Part shown: in pieces, positions 1 through 10,270 of the stretch
How the letters are laid out: every line of letters begins with the position of its first letter
Numbering within the stretch: position 1 is the stretch's first letter
From: Methanothrix sp.
Lineage (GTDB): Archaea; Halobacteriota; Methanosarcinia; Methanotrichales; Methanotrichaceae
Reading direction: 5' to 3'
DNA length: 53,417 nt
NCBI GenBank assembly: GCA_037128175.1
Contig: JBAXWY010000016.1
Location: 1 to 53,417, forward strand
Notes under the pieces: model-generated
Database searches by the model: none
What the model was told of the DNA's origin: nothing
What the model saw: the letters and a program-made list of their open reading frames with translations, nothing else
Translations under genes and position numbers: made by a program

Positions 1-260
1 ATGATAACGCTACTGTGCTTGATTCAACTTATGCGTATGGTTGGAACGGCAAAGGCGCCGCTTTAGTCCACCTAGAGAGGATGGATGAAGCACTGAAAGC
101 CTACAATAATGCGACTAATCTTGATAATAGTTCTGCATTTTACTGGGCAGGTAAAGGTTGGGCACTTCAAGTGTCAAAACGATATGATGAGGCTCTGCAA
201 GCTTATGATAACGCTACTGTGCTTGATTCAACTTATGCGTATGGTTGGAACGGCAAAGGT
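1..260 (+). repeat. Identical ~56-bp direct repeat within the TPR coding region (1-56 and 205-260)
   Basis: atgataacgctactgtgcttgattcaacttatgcgtatggttggaacggcaaagg occurs twice, 204 bp (two TPR units) apart. Confidence 0.9.
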
Positions 261-1670
261 GCAGCTCTCAAAGGCCTTAACCTATCAGCGGAAGCAGCTA
301 TGGCCTCATCCATAAGCAGGTCCCTCGATATTTCTCCCGTTAAAAAATATGGCTTTTTTATTTTGATTTTATTCATTTTTTCCGCGTTCTCGATCTTTGG
401 ATATAAGCAATTCATGATGGGCAGAACACGACTAGCAGAGACTGTCATTTTCATGAACGCAATGGGATACCTAGCCTTCCTTTGGATACTCTCCGGCTTC
501 CTTGATTCCTGGCTATTGGCTAAGGTCCTTTTTATAGGATTGGCTGTAGCTACTCTGACCTACTTTTTAAGCGAATTAGTCGCAACCCCCTCATCTCAAT
601 GGCAGGACCAAATAGCCCTTGTTGTATCGGAGTCAACGGCAAAATATCTGCCCAAATATGTGACAACAAATTTATCCCAGTTAAATTTCTTAGGACCGTT
701 ATGCATTTTCATCCTATTTTTCGCGTTTTGCACGCTCTTCTTTTTTTTAATAATCTACCAGCAGGATGATTCAGCCCTGCAGATTTTCAGATTTGGGCTG
801 ATAATCATAATATTTTTCGATCTACTTGCTGCCTTGCCACTGATATTGGTTAAAAGATCCCAGAACCTCGGCCCAGATACACGCAATATGATCTTCGTCA
901 GCCTCTTTGGCATACTGCTTCTCAACTCGTTGATTTTTCTGGTCTTCTACTGGAGCATGGACTATATCCCAGATGGGGCTATTTCGTTAGGCGATATCGA
1001 ACTCTCTATCACGCCAACAGTCTTTGCTTTCATGATCTGTTCCTTCATAGCGCTTGTGATGGCTCCCTATATCTCCGGATGGAGAGTATCCAAGAAATGG
1101 AGAATAGTCCTGCTGGAAAAGAGGCTAAAGACTCTAGAGGAGCTACTGGATATCCTTGAGCTATGCAAGCCAACTGAATACAGCTCCCGTCTCAAAGCAC
1201 TTATCGAAAAGATCGAATCCAACATTCGTGATTTCAGAGTAGCATATACTCTTTTTCCGGAGCATATCGTCGATTCGCAAGGCCGGATAAAGCTGGAAGT
1301 GACTATCTGTGGCCCCGGCCTTCTGACTATGGACCCGCGACTTTTTCATCTGCAGGCTCTTGGCTCTCTGAAGAGCAACCTTCTGACCAATTTAGACCAT
1401 TTGGAGGGCATCTGGGGTGGAGATGATGCACTCACTCAAAAGGCCAATGAACTTGCCGGCTTTTATCGCATCCGAAAGGATGAGATCTGGCGGCAGATCG
1501 AGGAAGAGAAGAAGACTAGGCTCTCCCTATGGGTAGATCTATCACCAATCATCTACACTATGATCACAGTTTTCTTTAGCGTGATGCTACGATACATGAT
1601 AGAATCCAGCGATGCCAAAGAGATGGTTCTAGAAATGGTGAAGATGATCCCCGTAGCTCCACCGATATGA
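1..1670 (+). CDS. TPR-repeat multi-pass membrane protein (5'-partial, runs in from window edge)
   Basis: N-terminal 34-aa TPR units (WNGKGAAL...YDEALQAYDNA) followed by several hydrophobic TM segments; ORF 15..1670 is open upstream. Confidence 0.8.
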   Translation, partial: DNATVLDSTYAYGWNGKGAALVHLERMDEALKAYNNATNLDNSSAFYWAGKGWALQVSKRYDEALQAYDNATVLDSTYAYGWNGKGAALKGLNLSAEAAMASSISRSLDISPVKKYGFFILILFIFSAFSIFGYKQFMMGRTRLAETVIFMNAMGYLAFLWILSGFLDSWLLAKVLFIGLAVATLTYFLSELVATPSSQWQDQIALVVSESTAKYLPKYVTTNLSQLNFLGPLCIFILFFAFCTLFFFLIIYQQDDSALQIFRFGLIIIIFFDLLAALPLILVKRSQNLGPDTRNMIFVSLFGILLLNSLIFLVFYWSMDYIPDGAISLGDIELSITPTVFAFMICSFIALVMAPYISGWRVSKKWRIVLLEKRLKTLEELLDILELCKPTEYSSRLKALIEKIESNIRDFRVAYTLFPEHIVDSQGRIKLEVTICGPGLLTMDPRLFHLQALGSLKSNLLTNLDHLEGIWGGDDALTQKANELAGFYRIRKDEIWRQIEEEKKTRLSLWVDLSPIIYTMITVFFSVMLRYMIESSDAKEMVLEMVKMIPVAPPI

Positions 1671-1745
1671 AGACCGCTAAGGCAAACGATGATGTAGAGG
1701 GTGTACGAGAGGATGACAGAAAGGGCCCAGGCCTTTTGGTGCAAC

Positions 1746-2216
1746 TCACCAAATCAACGATTTGATTCCATCGAGATGCATTACCGGCATATCCTTTCCA
1801 GCACAATACCAAAACAATGGTGCATCATCTGTGAGCAGCAGCTTATCTCGGTCCACTGTACTCAGGAGCGATGCATCGGTTATCCCAAAACGAGGAAGCT
1901 CACTTCTTTTAAAAATCTCATCCTTGGCGACATATTCTTCCCAAAGGCCAACGAGAAGAACTATGGATCGGCGAATGAAGATCGAGTAATGTTCCTCCTT
2001 TAGCCTTCTTCTGGCCAAATTAGAGGCTTCGGCCAGAACTTGAGGCGTGACATAGACCGTTTTAAAGCTGGATAGATACCTGATGAGCAGCAAAAACTCA
2101 TACTCGTCATAGCTAAACCGGGAAAGATAGCGCTTATCATAGGAGCCAACCAGATAGAGCAGAAGCGGCCCGGTATCGATGACGATTTCTCTAAACCGGG
2201 ATAGCCTTGGATTCAT
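1746..2216 (-). CDS. PIN-domain (VapC-like) ribonuclease toxin
   Basis: IVIDTG...VTPQVLAE...GITDASLL...LLTDD acidic PIN motifs; 156 aa. Confidence 0.8.
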   Translation of the reverse strand: MNPRLSRFREIVIDTGPLLLYLVGSYDKRYLSRFSYDEYEFLLLIRYLSSFKTVYVTPQVLAEASNLARRRLKEEHYSIFIRRSIVLLVGLWEEYVAKDEIFKRSELPRFGITDASLLSTVDRDKLLLTDDAPLFWYCAGKDMPVMHLDGIKSLIW

Positions 2217-2538
2217 CCCGCTTGACCTCTTTCAGTTCCCCAGACAGATCCAGTTTTACCGTGTACCTGCGCTTATTTTGAGAAAATATACCATCCTTCA
2301 CCTCACAGGTTATGAGGTAATATCCTTCCTTTTCCAGAGCTTCCACCAGGCCAAATCCAATGAGGTTTGTGGGAGGCACTCCTGCTGCCCTGGCAAAGTC
2401 ATCCTCGCCATATAGTTTGCTGAAATAGCTCTTTACTGTCTCAATGGCATCCTTTGTCGTAATCTTTGGCATCATATCATCCATCTCCTTTTGCCATAAT
2501 AAATTTTTCATCCTTCCTGTCTCGTCCATGGCAGCCAC
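2191..2538 (-). CDS. Small hypothetical protein, probable partner/antitoxin of the PIN toxin (true start may be ~2475)
   Basis: Overlaps the start of the PIN gene in the same orientation; ~95-115 aa. Confidence 0.55.
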   Translation of the reverse strand: MAAMDETGRMKNLLWQKEMDDMMPKITTKDAIETVKSYFSKLYGEDDFARAAGVPPTNLIGFGLVEALEKEGYYLITCEVKDGIFSQNKRRYTVKLDLSGELKEVKRDESKAIPV

Positions 2539-2602
2539 GATATCTCAAGTTGTCTGCCGACTCAATTATCACTGAAACCGCCTCCAATCGCTTAGCTTAA
2601 TA

Positions 2603-3148
2603 ATGAAAAACAAAGAGATAACAGTTATGTCAGCATCGAGAAAAAGGGAGACTAAAGAGACCAACGTTGAAGTCATTCTAGAGATCGAGGGAAATGGCAT
2701 TATCCAGGTCGATACGGGAATCGAGCTTCTGGATGAAATCCTGTCAGCCATGGCCAGTGGCGCGGGATTTGATCTGACCGTCAAGGCCCGGGGCGACTTG
2801 GAAACGGGCGACCATCACACCACTGAAGACACCGCCATCACCTTTGGCAACGCTCTCGCTCAGGAGATCAAAAGCGGCATAGGAAGCTCAATGGTCCCCT
2901 CAGGCCAGGCATTGGCAGCAGCCGCCGTGCGCTTCGGCGAGCCGGGCTATCAGGGCAATTTCGATTTGCAGTCCCAGGCCGTTGGAGGCATGAGCCTGGA
3001 GAACTTCAGCCACTTCCTGCGCGCCTTAGCCTACAATGGCCGGTTCAATCTGTTCATCTCCGCAGAAGGAGGCGACGATCGGAGTAAGATTGAGGCCATG
3101 AGCACGGCGCTGGGAAGAGCGATAAAGAAGGCGGCGCGGGACAGTTGA
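2603..3148 (+). CDS. Imidazoleglycerol-phosphate dehydratase (HisB)-like protein with degenerate active site
   Basis: RETKETNV, DTGI and GDLETGDHHTTED are HisB signatures; the DHML and second NxHHxxE motifs are altered. Confidence 0.8.
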   Translation: MKNKEITVMSASRKRETKETNVEVILEIEGNGIIQVDTGIELLDEILSAMASGAGFDLTVKARGDLETGDHHTTEDTAITFGNALAQEIKSGIGSSMVPSGQALAAAAVRFGEPGYQGNFDLQSQAVGGMSLENFSHFLRALAYNGRFNLFISAEGGDDRSKIEAMSTALGRAIKKAARDS

Positions 3149-3320
3149 GGCTGCATAAGCCTATTGATTATTATAATATTATAAGCACAAATTGGTAATC
3201 CATTCTTCCAGGGTTTTGCGAGTCGTCGGCCCTGCGGGCCTCCCGCGATAAGGTTGGGCGCCGCTCCAGGCCGCGGCCTGCCAAGGCCGTTGACAGTTTT
3301 GCATCGTTTCAAAAAATGGA

Positions 3321-6275
3321 CTATCTCCTGCGCCGGGCGTAGGCTCCGGCTGCCAGGACAACAATGGTGGCTAAAAAGCCCAGGCTAGGACTCTTCTTTG
3401 CCCCCTTATCGCTCAGAGCGATGGTTATGGTGCCGTTGGAAATGGTCTCGGGCTTAAAGCCGCTCGTGCCGGTCACATTCAGTTCGATTGTATCATTTGC
3501 CAGGGCTTTGTTGCTCACCGCAAAGGTGAGATTAGCAGCGGCGCAGCCCGGCGGGAGGAGAACGCCGATCATTCCGTTCTTCGCGTCCACCTGCCAGGTG
3601 GATTTGCACTCTCCGGTGATGCCCGTGGCCTTTAGCTTGGCGGCATCATAAGAGATGTTAATCCTCTTCTCGCCATTGGACTTAGGGGCCTGGAGTGGAA
3701 TGGATACATCCCCCCCGGCAAATGCCTGTGTATGAGCCAGAGATACGCCACGCATTTCGGCAGGAGTGACATTTATGAACTCTCCGAATGTCTGAAGGGC
3801 ATTGACGACATTTTCCACTCTCACCCGCAGCTCATATCGACCGCTCTTGGCCCCAACCACAACAGCATGCGGTTCCAAAGTATCAAGATTGCCTTGCAGG
3901 GTATGATTGATGCCGCTTGGAACCAATTTGCCGTTGCTTACATCAAGAAACTGCAGAACGCTCTTTTCTGGCTCAATCTTGATGAACTGCATTCGAGCAG
4001 TGCTGTTGGCCAGCATAGCGTCATAATCAAGCGTGCTATTGAGTCGCTTATACTCGCCGCTGGAGACGTAATATGTGGACGCACTGTCCAGTATTGCACC
4101 AATTCTTCCATTCGTTTCAAATATCACGCCGACCTGTTGGGCGGGTGTAGATGGGCTCAGGTACAGCAATCCCGGCACAGGATTGCCGCTCCCATCCAGG
4201 ACAGGGCTCCGATCATCGCTCAGTTGCATAGTCGTAGCATTCCATCTCCAGGCAAAGCCCCATAAATCGCCTGAACCCTGGGCAAGCCCTGTGAGATCTC
4301 TGGAGACGACGGTTCTGTTGCTTGAATCCAAGATGTCTGCGGTTACCAGACGAATCTCGGCAGCTTTGACAATCATCGAGAAATTGGCAGATGCCGAAGA
4401 GATAACATTTGCGGGAAGTGCAATTTTCGGGGGCGCGGGTCTCGGGACCACATATTTTTTGGAATAGAGATAGTATCGCAGGGTATCGTTATCTGCAATC
4501 CGAATATCCATATTGGGGGCCAGGGAAACGGTAGAGTCGCTATTTAAATTGACGGTTTCGTCGTTAGCCATAATTATTACATAGGGTATGGATGTAGACA
4601 TGATCTGGAGCTTTCCGATACCAAGCCCCGCTTCCACAGGCAGCAAAAACTGATCTGATATTTGGAAGATTCCGTCGATGGTCGCAAATCCCAGGCTTCC
4701 ATTGCTAAAGATATTATTTACATGCAGCTTGATTATCGGCATGTCACTTACATCGCCCAAATCTTTCTTGAAAATGTAAGTTGTGTTTGACTTTACGATA
4801 GAGCTGTCCTGCAAAATACCATTCTTAGTAAGCTGGACAAAGATCTTATCCTTTTCAACATCTCTGATCCAGACTTCATAGCCTTCTTGCAGCGAATAGT
4901 TTCCTGCCGCAGCATTTCCCTGAACTACTTCGCTATCAATCAGCACCCGTCCGATCTTTTCGTGATCAAAAAGATTTAATGATGATTGCTTGCCGTCCAC
5001 AGATCGGTCGTATCCTGCGAACCACATTTCGCCCAGGAAAGGCACGACATAATATGACCCCCAGGGCATAAAATCATACTCTTTAGACCTCATGGTTGCA
5101 GTGTACTGAAATCCATCCAAAATTACCGTTCCGTTTAAGACCTTTGGAGCGGTGGGCGGCAGAACCCTTCTTCCATTTACATTGTGAAGCGACAGCGTCT
5201 CAGAGCCGAATTGATCTTCAGAGCCGAATTGATTTTCAGAGCCTAGCCGTTTCTCCGGGTCCATGAAAAAGTTAGTATAATTCCCTGAGTTCCATCTTGC
5301 TGCCAGTGGTGAAGGATATTCCCCATACATGCCGGAAATTACTCGATTGCCATTGAACGTCGGGCCCCTAATTTCATGCACACCGTAATCATAGATGCCT
5401 CCTTCCGGATAGTAAATCAAATCTGTACTGTCCGCAACTCTTAGCACAAATCCAGTCGCCAGAAGAACCTGGCTGTTCTTTATCAGTGTTAGAGACCTTT
5501 CATTTCGAAATTCAATGCCATCATCTGCGAGGGACGAAAGCTTCATATTATCCAGCCTGCCTCCCTCAAAAAGCGTGACAATGGGATTGTCACTAACCTG
5601 AAAGATCCCGTCCACCTCGGCAAATCCAGAATTCTCGCCGCTCATGGCATTGAGCAGATGCACCAAAATTATGGGAACTTCATCAATTTTATAAACATAG
5701 GTTCCGCCCATGCTGACGATTGCGGCATGAACTGGTTTGCCGTTCTTCAAGAGAACGAAATTAACAACGTTGCTTTTCAGAGAGATCTCTGCCACAGCCA
5801 GAACATAGCCATCCATAAGAGGCAGTGTTTTATTGTAGGTCAAAGTGTACTCGTCTCTCGCATCTACGAGCACCTTTCTAAGTGCTCCTTTTTCAAGAGA
5901 GCTCACTTCTTTCGTGAAGTTGCTTTCCGGATAACCGGCGAAATAGGGCTCGCCCAGAAATGCCACTGCCTGGAAGCTGCCCCAGGGTTCATACTCAAAC
6001 CGCTGCGACCATGTCTTTGAGGAATAGACAATATGCTCTTTCTCCGCGGTCCTTCCCTGTAGATCTACGAGAAGCTCCTCGCCTCCCTGATCTTTGTCCA
6101 GGTCATAGAAGAACCAACCGAAGTCATTCGCCCGCCAGATTCCACTGCCTTCACTGAAATGGCCCCGCACAAAGGCCGCTTCCACCGGCTCCTGCGCTGT
6201 GGCGCTCGAAACCAGCCCAAAAAGCAAGATCAACATTGCTGCTGCGGCTATAAACCAGTCTGTCCTGATCTCCAT
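3321..6275 (-). CDS. S-layer domain protein (two Methanosarcinales-type S-layer domains) with PGF-CTERM-like sorting signal
   Basis: Signal peptide; duplicated W..F.FFYD / VDGIFQVSD / IDGIFQISD S-layer motifs; C-terminal KKSPSLGF-TM-RRRR. Confidence 0.75.
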   Translation of the reverse strand: MEIRTDWFIAAAAMLILLFGLVSSATAQEPVEAAFVRGHFSEGSGIWRANDFGWFFYDLDKDQGGEELLVDLQGRTAEKEHIVYSSKTWSQRFEYEPWGSFQAVAFLGEPYFAGYPESNFTKEVSSLEKGALRKVLVDARDEYTLTYNKTLPLMDGYVLAVAEISLKSNVVNFVLLKNGKPVHAAIVSMGGTYVYKIDEVPIILVHLLNAMSGENSGFAEVDGIFQVSDNPIVTLFEGGRLDNMKLSSLADDGIEFRNERSLTLIKNSQVLLATGFVLRVADSTDLIYYPEGGIYDYGVHEIRGPTFNGNRVISGMYGEYPSPLAARWNSGNYTNFFMDPEKRLGSENQFGSEDQFGSETLSLHNVNGRRVLPPTAPKVLNGTVILDGFQYTATMRSKEYDFMPWGSYYVVPFLGEMWFAGYDRSVDGKQSSLNLFDHEKIGRVLIDSEVVQGNAAAGNYSLQEGYEVWIRDVEKDKIFVQLTKNGILQDSSIVKSNTTYIFKKDLGDVSDMPIIKLHVNNIFSNGSLGFATIDGIFQISDQFLLPVEAGLGIGKLQIMSTSIPYVIIMANDETVNLNSDSTVSLAPNMDIRIADNDTLRYYLYSKKYVVPRPAPPKIALPANVISSASANFSMIVKAAEIRLVTADILDSSNRTVVSRDLTGLAQGSGDLWGFAWRWNATTMQLSDDRSPVLDGSGNPVPGLLYLSPSTPAQQVGVIFETNGRIGAILDSASTYYVSSGEYKRLNSTLDYDAMLANSTARMQFIKIEPEKSVLQFLDVSNGKLVPSGINHTLQGNLDTLEPHAVVVGAKSGRYELRVRVENVVNALQTFGEFINVTPAEMRGVSLAHTQAFAGGDVSIPLQAPKSNGEKRINISYDAAKLKATGITGECKSTWQVDAKNGMIGVLLPPGCAAANLTFAVSNKALANDTIELNVTGTSGFKPETISNGTITIALSDKGAKKSPSLGFLATIVVLAAGAYARRRR

Positions 6276-6345
6276 CTACCTCTTAAGAATCATTCCTGGA
6301 TAAGCTGTATATCCTAGGGAGGATCTACAGGCAGAGCGGAGTTAG

Positions 6346-7146
6346 ATGTCATCTATTAAACACGTTGCGATATACGGCAAAGGCGGTATAGGCAAGTCGT
6401 GCACTGCCTCGAACATAGCCGCCGCCTGTGCCGAAGAGGGCCACAGGGTATTGGTGGTGGGCTGCGATCCCAAGAGCGACTCGAGCATAACACTGGTTGG
6501 CAAAAGAATTCCCACCATGATGGACCTCATCTTGGCAGGTGGAGAAATTCACGAGGAGGATGTCGTTTTTCCTGGATACAAGGGCGTTTTGTGCATTGAA
6601 GTAGGCGGCCCGGAGCCGGGCGTGGGCTGTGCCGGACGGGGCATAATTGTCGCCATTGATTTCCTGCGGAAAGTCTCCAAGGCCATGGAGAATGTGGACC
6701 TGGTGCTGTACGATGTGCCTGGGGACATCGTTTGCGGCGGATTTTCTGCGCCGATCCGAAAGGGTTTGGTGAGCCAAGCTTACATCATCACCTCTGGGGA
6801 GTACATGCCGCTTTATGCTGCGAACAATATCAGCAAAGGCCTGCGCCGCCTGAATACCCCACTGGCAGGAGTGATTTGCAACTCGCGCGAGGCTGCCGCC
6901 GGGCGGGAGAAGGATATCGCGGAAAGATTCGCTGCTGAGCTGAATAGCCGGCTGGTGGCCTTCATCCCCAAAGACCCCATTGTGCAGCAGTGCGAGAGGA
7001 AAGCGATGACGGTGATCGAAGGCGCGCCGGACTCAGAGATTGCAGAGGTCTACCGGGCCCTGGCCAGGGAGATCATGTCGGAAGCACAGCCGCGGGTGCC
7101 GCAGCCACTGAGCGATGAGAGACTTCGTGAGCTCTCTATGGAGTAA
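6346..7146 (+). CDS. cfbC: Ni-sirohydrochlorin a,c-diamide reductive cyclase ATP-dependent subunit (NifH-like, coenzyme F430 synthesis)
   Basis: [54 protein letters not shown]; directly upstream of cfbB. Confidence 0.88.
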   Translation: MSSIKHVAIYGKGGIGKSCTASNIAAACAEEGHRVLVVGCDPKSDSSITLVGKRIPTMMDLILAGGEIHEEDVVFPGYKGVLCIEVGGPEPGVGCAGRGIIVAIDFLRKVSKAMENVDLVLYDVPGDIVCGGFSAPIRKGLVSQAYIITSGEYMPLYAANNISKGLRRLNTPLAGVICNSREAAAGREKDIAERFAAELNSRLVAFIPKDPIVQQCERKAMTVIEGAPDSEIAEVYRALAREIMSEAQPRVPQPLSDERLRELSME

Positions 7147-7169
7147 AGCGATGATAGGGAGGCGATAAA

Positions 7170-8552
7170 ATGCGAGCCGACTGTCCACGCATCCTGATCG
7201 CTGGCGATCGAAGCTCCAGCGGCAAGACCACCATCGTAGCCGGTCTGCTCTCCGCGCTACGGGGCCGTAGCCTCGCGGTGCAACCCTTCAAGGTGGCCAT
7301 GGACTACATCGATCCCAGCTACCACACCTGGATCACAGGCAGAAGCTGCCGCAATCTGGACGGCTACCTCATGAAGGAGGCTGCCGTCCGGGAGATCTAC
7401 AATCATGCGGCGGAGAGCGCCGACATCGCAGTAATCGAGGGTGTGCGCGGCCTTTACGAGGGATACGATGGAGACCAGGGCAGCACGGCAGAGATTGCCA
7501 AGCTCCTCAAAACTCCGGTCATATTCGTGGTCGATGCCAGAAGCATCACGCGAAGCTGCGCAGCCATCGTTAAAGGCTACATGGACTTTGACCCAGAGGT
7601 GCAATTCAAAGGGGTAATTCTCAACAAGGTGGGGTCGGAAAGGCATGCCCAGAAGGCGATCAAGGAGATAGAGCGCTACGCAGACGTGGAAGTTGTGGGC
7701 GTCATCCGGCGAAATGAGGATATGCACCTGGCCATGCGCCACCTGGGCCTGGTACCCGTTCTGGAGGGCAAGACCCGGCATGAAGGCTTCCCGGAACGAG
7801 TGGATAAAATCCGCCGGATTGTAGAGGAAGGCCTGAACCTGGATCGCATCCTGGAAATCGCAAAGGAGGCACCGCCCCTGCCGGAGGTCGAGCCGGACCT
7901 CTACCGGCAAAATACCTATGGCCAGGGTCTACGTATCGGCGTGGCCAGAGATGAGGCATTCAACTTCTATTACCGGGACAATCTGGAGCTGATGGAGCTG
8001 GCTGGAGCGAAGGTGGTGCCCTTCAGTCCTGTGCACGACACTGCGCTTCCCCAGGTGGACGGCATCTACATCGGGGGAGGCTATCCGGAGCTGTACGCCC
8101 GGGAGCTGTCCGAGAATGCGGGCATGCGCAGCGCGCTGGAAAAGGCGCACGAGAAAGACCTGCCCATCTTCGCGGAGTGCGGCGGGCTGATGTACCTGGG
8201 CCGTGAGATCGAGTGGGACGGCGAACGGCAGGAAATGGTCGGGCTGGTGCCGGGAAAAGCTAGGCGCGGCAGCACGCGCGTGGTAAGCTACGTGCACGGC
8301 GCGATCACGCAGGGCTGCGCGCTCGGGCCCGCGGGGACAACGATCATGGGGCACGAGTTTCACCACTCCGAGATGCTGATGGATGAAAATGTCAAGTACG
8401 CCATCCGCCTGGAGCGGGGCACGGGAATTAAGGATGGCTGGGACGGCATGTGCGATGGGAATCTAGTGGCCAGCTACACCCACATCCACAGCGCATCCTT
8501 CCGGGGATTTCCAGCGGAGTTCATCAGGGCGTGCAAGAGTAGGAAGGGCTAA
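7170..8552 (+). CDS. cfbB: Ni-sirohydrochlorin a,c-diamide synthase (CobB/CbiA family)
   Basis: DRSSSGKTT, FKVAMDYIDPSYH, IEGVRGLYEG, glutaminase motif AECGGLMYL and HEFH; adjacent to cfbC. Confidence 0.85.
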   Translation: MRADCPRILIAGDRSSSGKTTIVAGLLSALRGRSLAVQPFKVAMDYIDPSYHTWITGRSCRNLDGYLMKEAAVREIYNHAAESADIAVIEGVRGLYEGYDGDQGSTAEIAKLLKTPVIFVVDARSITRSCAAIVKGYMDFDPEVQFKGVILNKVGSERHAQKAIKEIERYADVEVVGVIRRNEDMHLAMRHLGLVPVLEGKTRHEGFPERVDKIRRIVEEGLNLDRILEIAKEAPPLPEVEPDLYRQNTYGQGLRIGVARDEAFNFYYRDNLELMELAGAKVVPFSPVHDTALPQVDGIYIGGGYPELYARELSENAGMRSALEKAHEKDLPIFAECGGLMYLGREIEWDGERQEMVGLVPGKARRGSTRVVSYVHGAITQGCALGPAGTTIMGHEFHHSEMLMDENVKYAIRLERGTGIKDGWDGMCDGNLVASYTHIHSASFRGFPAEFIRACKSRKG

Positions 8553-8822
8553 TTTCGAGGTAGTCGGCGGCATTCTCATCGATGTCGGTCTCGCCTATCT
8601 TTTCGGCCTCACGCGAAGGCGCGAAGCCGCGAAGACGAGCTTCATCCAAAGCCAAACGGCAACGATGCGCCCCGCTGCAAGCAAGCGGAACATGGGAGAC
8701 GCCGCAGCATAAAAATGGAACACGTCTGAACTGATTCATCCCTAAGTTGTATACGCTGCCATTTATCCCATCTACTGCGAACTGCGGGTATTACGTTAAA
8801 TAATAAAGAAAAATATATTTAA

Positions 8823-9311
8823 TTATGTTGCTCGTCCTTGTAACCACTTCTTAACGATCCCAGGATTTCTGCACTCAGCTAAATCTATAATTTTATCAAA
8901 TGCGTTCCTTGGAAGTTTCATGGCATATGCATATCTTATTTGGCCCCGAATAAGATCAATGGGCTCTTCATTTCCAGAGGCAGTGTCTTTCAAATCGTCC
9001 CAAAAATCCTTTTTGGTAATGGGCTTTATCGAGAGATATTCCACGTTAGCAACATACGCCCGTCTCTTATCGTCATCCTCCCAGGGAATGTGATCTTCCT
9101 CTCCACTCGTCATAACATAAGCTAATCGATCTATTCCTATTCCGGACCTATAACAAACAATGAATGCTCCCTTTTTTATTTCGTTGACGTTTTTACGGCC
9201 CCAATGAGTTTTGTTGCGATTTTTTACATTAATTTCGCCTGCAACAACATTTTTATCTCGTTCAATACTATGCATACGCGTTTGATTTATCCACCAATAT
9301 TGCTGCACCAT
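8823..9311 (-). CDS. Hypothetical protein, EVE/PUA-like nucleic-acid-binding domain
   Basis: YWWINQ...NVNEIKKGAFIVCY resembles the YWWVNQ...VxxGDxVFxY N-terminal domain of modification-dependent restriction proteins; AT-rich. Confidence 0.5.
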   Translation of the reverse strand: MVQQYWWINQTRMHSIERDKNVVAGEINVKNRNKTHWGRKNVNEIKKGAFIVCYRSGIGIDRLAYVMTSGEEDHIPWEDDDKRRAYVANVEYLSIKPITKKDFWDDLKDTASGNEEPIDLIRGQIRYAYAMKLPRNAFDKIIDLAECRNPGIVKKWLQGRAT

Positions 9312-9929
9312 TTAGAGTATCCTCGCAACTCTCTAAGAAGAGCTTCATAAAGTTAAAGTTGGTGGCAATTCTGGAAATGACGGAAATAAATGGACTATTC
9401 TCTTAGATCCTGTTCTTGCTGAGCTGGCCAAGTGGAGGCAGAATAATGAAAACATGAGATTATAATATTAATATAATTTCATAAATCCCTGTAGTCAATG
9501 AGATCTTAACCAGAGGGTAGGGATTAACACATTTTTATATATCGAAGGTTAGCTGAGGTTTGTCCATATCTCATGTGAGAGCGATGTCGACGATCACATC
9601 ACGGTCAGCCCGCCTTTCGACGAGCAGAACTCAATCGGTATGATGATGCATGAAAGCATGCTCTCCTTTTTCCTCTGAGTACCATATAGATCCGCCATTT
9701 GAGGCCGCGTTCAATGGTGTTGGTTTTCATGCAGTTTGGTCCGCCTATCCAAAACCCAAAACGACCCTCAATCGAGTATCCGTTATGCACTCGTTTTGTA
9801 GCCGCCCATCCTTGCCCTGAGGCCCGGCCCAGCACGACATGTGCTTGGACACCTTCGGAACGCCTGTGGCCTTCTTCATCGCCAGACGGACTTGAACTCC
9901 ACGTTCGTGGTTTATCCTCTCCTTCGCAC

Positions 9930-10196
9930 CCTTCACAGCTTCGTGCTAAATCCTGGTTCACGCGAAGGCGCGAAGTCCCTGTGGTTATTAACGATCCTCT
10001 TTGCACTCTCTTTGAAGGTAACCGCACAGAAGTTGATCAGTAGACCAACAGGCAGGTGAAGCAGACGCAGGTATGTCAGCAACTATTTGGGGTGAACCGG
10101 GGCAACATAGACCGACTCCAGCAGCCCAGGCCCCAGGTCACGATGCAAATGAAATGCGGCATCAACCACAATAGCAGAGACTTCTTCAACATTCAT
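9930..10196 (-). pseudogene. GxxExxY pseudogene (internal deletion plus nonsense codon)
   Basis: MNVEEVSAIVVDAAFHLHRDLGPGLLESVY joined directly to VAPVHPK*LLTYLRLL...; about 53 codons, including the D..ExK motif, missing relative to 10271..10714. Confidence 0.9.
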
Positions 10197-10270
10197 TGAA
10201 CCTCAGCTTTTCTTCGCGCCTTCGCGGCTTCGCGTGAGACCGTTAACCCCAGGGATCTCACAACAGTCTT

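Noticed and set aside
5200-5243. 18-bp tandem repeat in the S-layer gene (also a ~24-bp duplication near 36330-36365)
   Set aside because: Short in-frame slippage duplications with no sign of a wider system
6346-7146. Nitrogenase iron protein nifH
   Set aside because: No nifDK or nifI nearby; sequence features and adjacency to cfbB indicate CfbC
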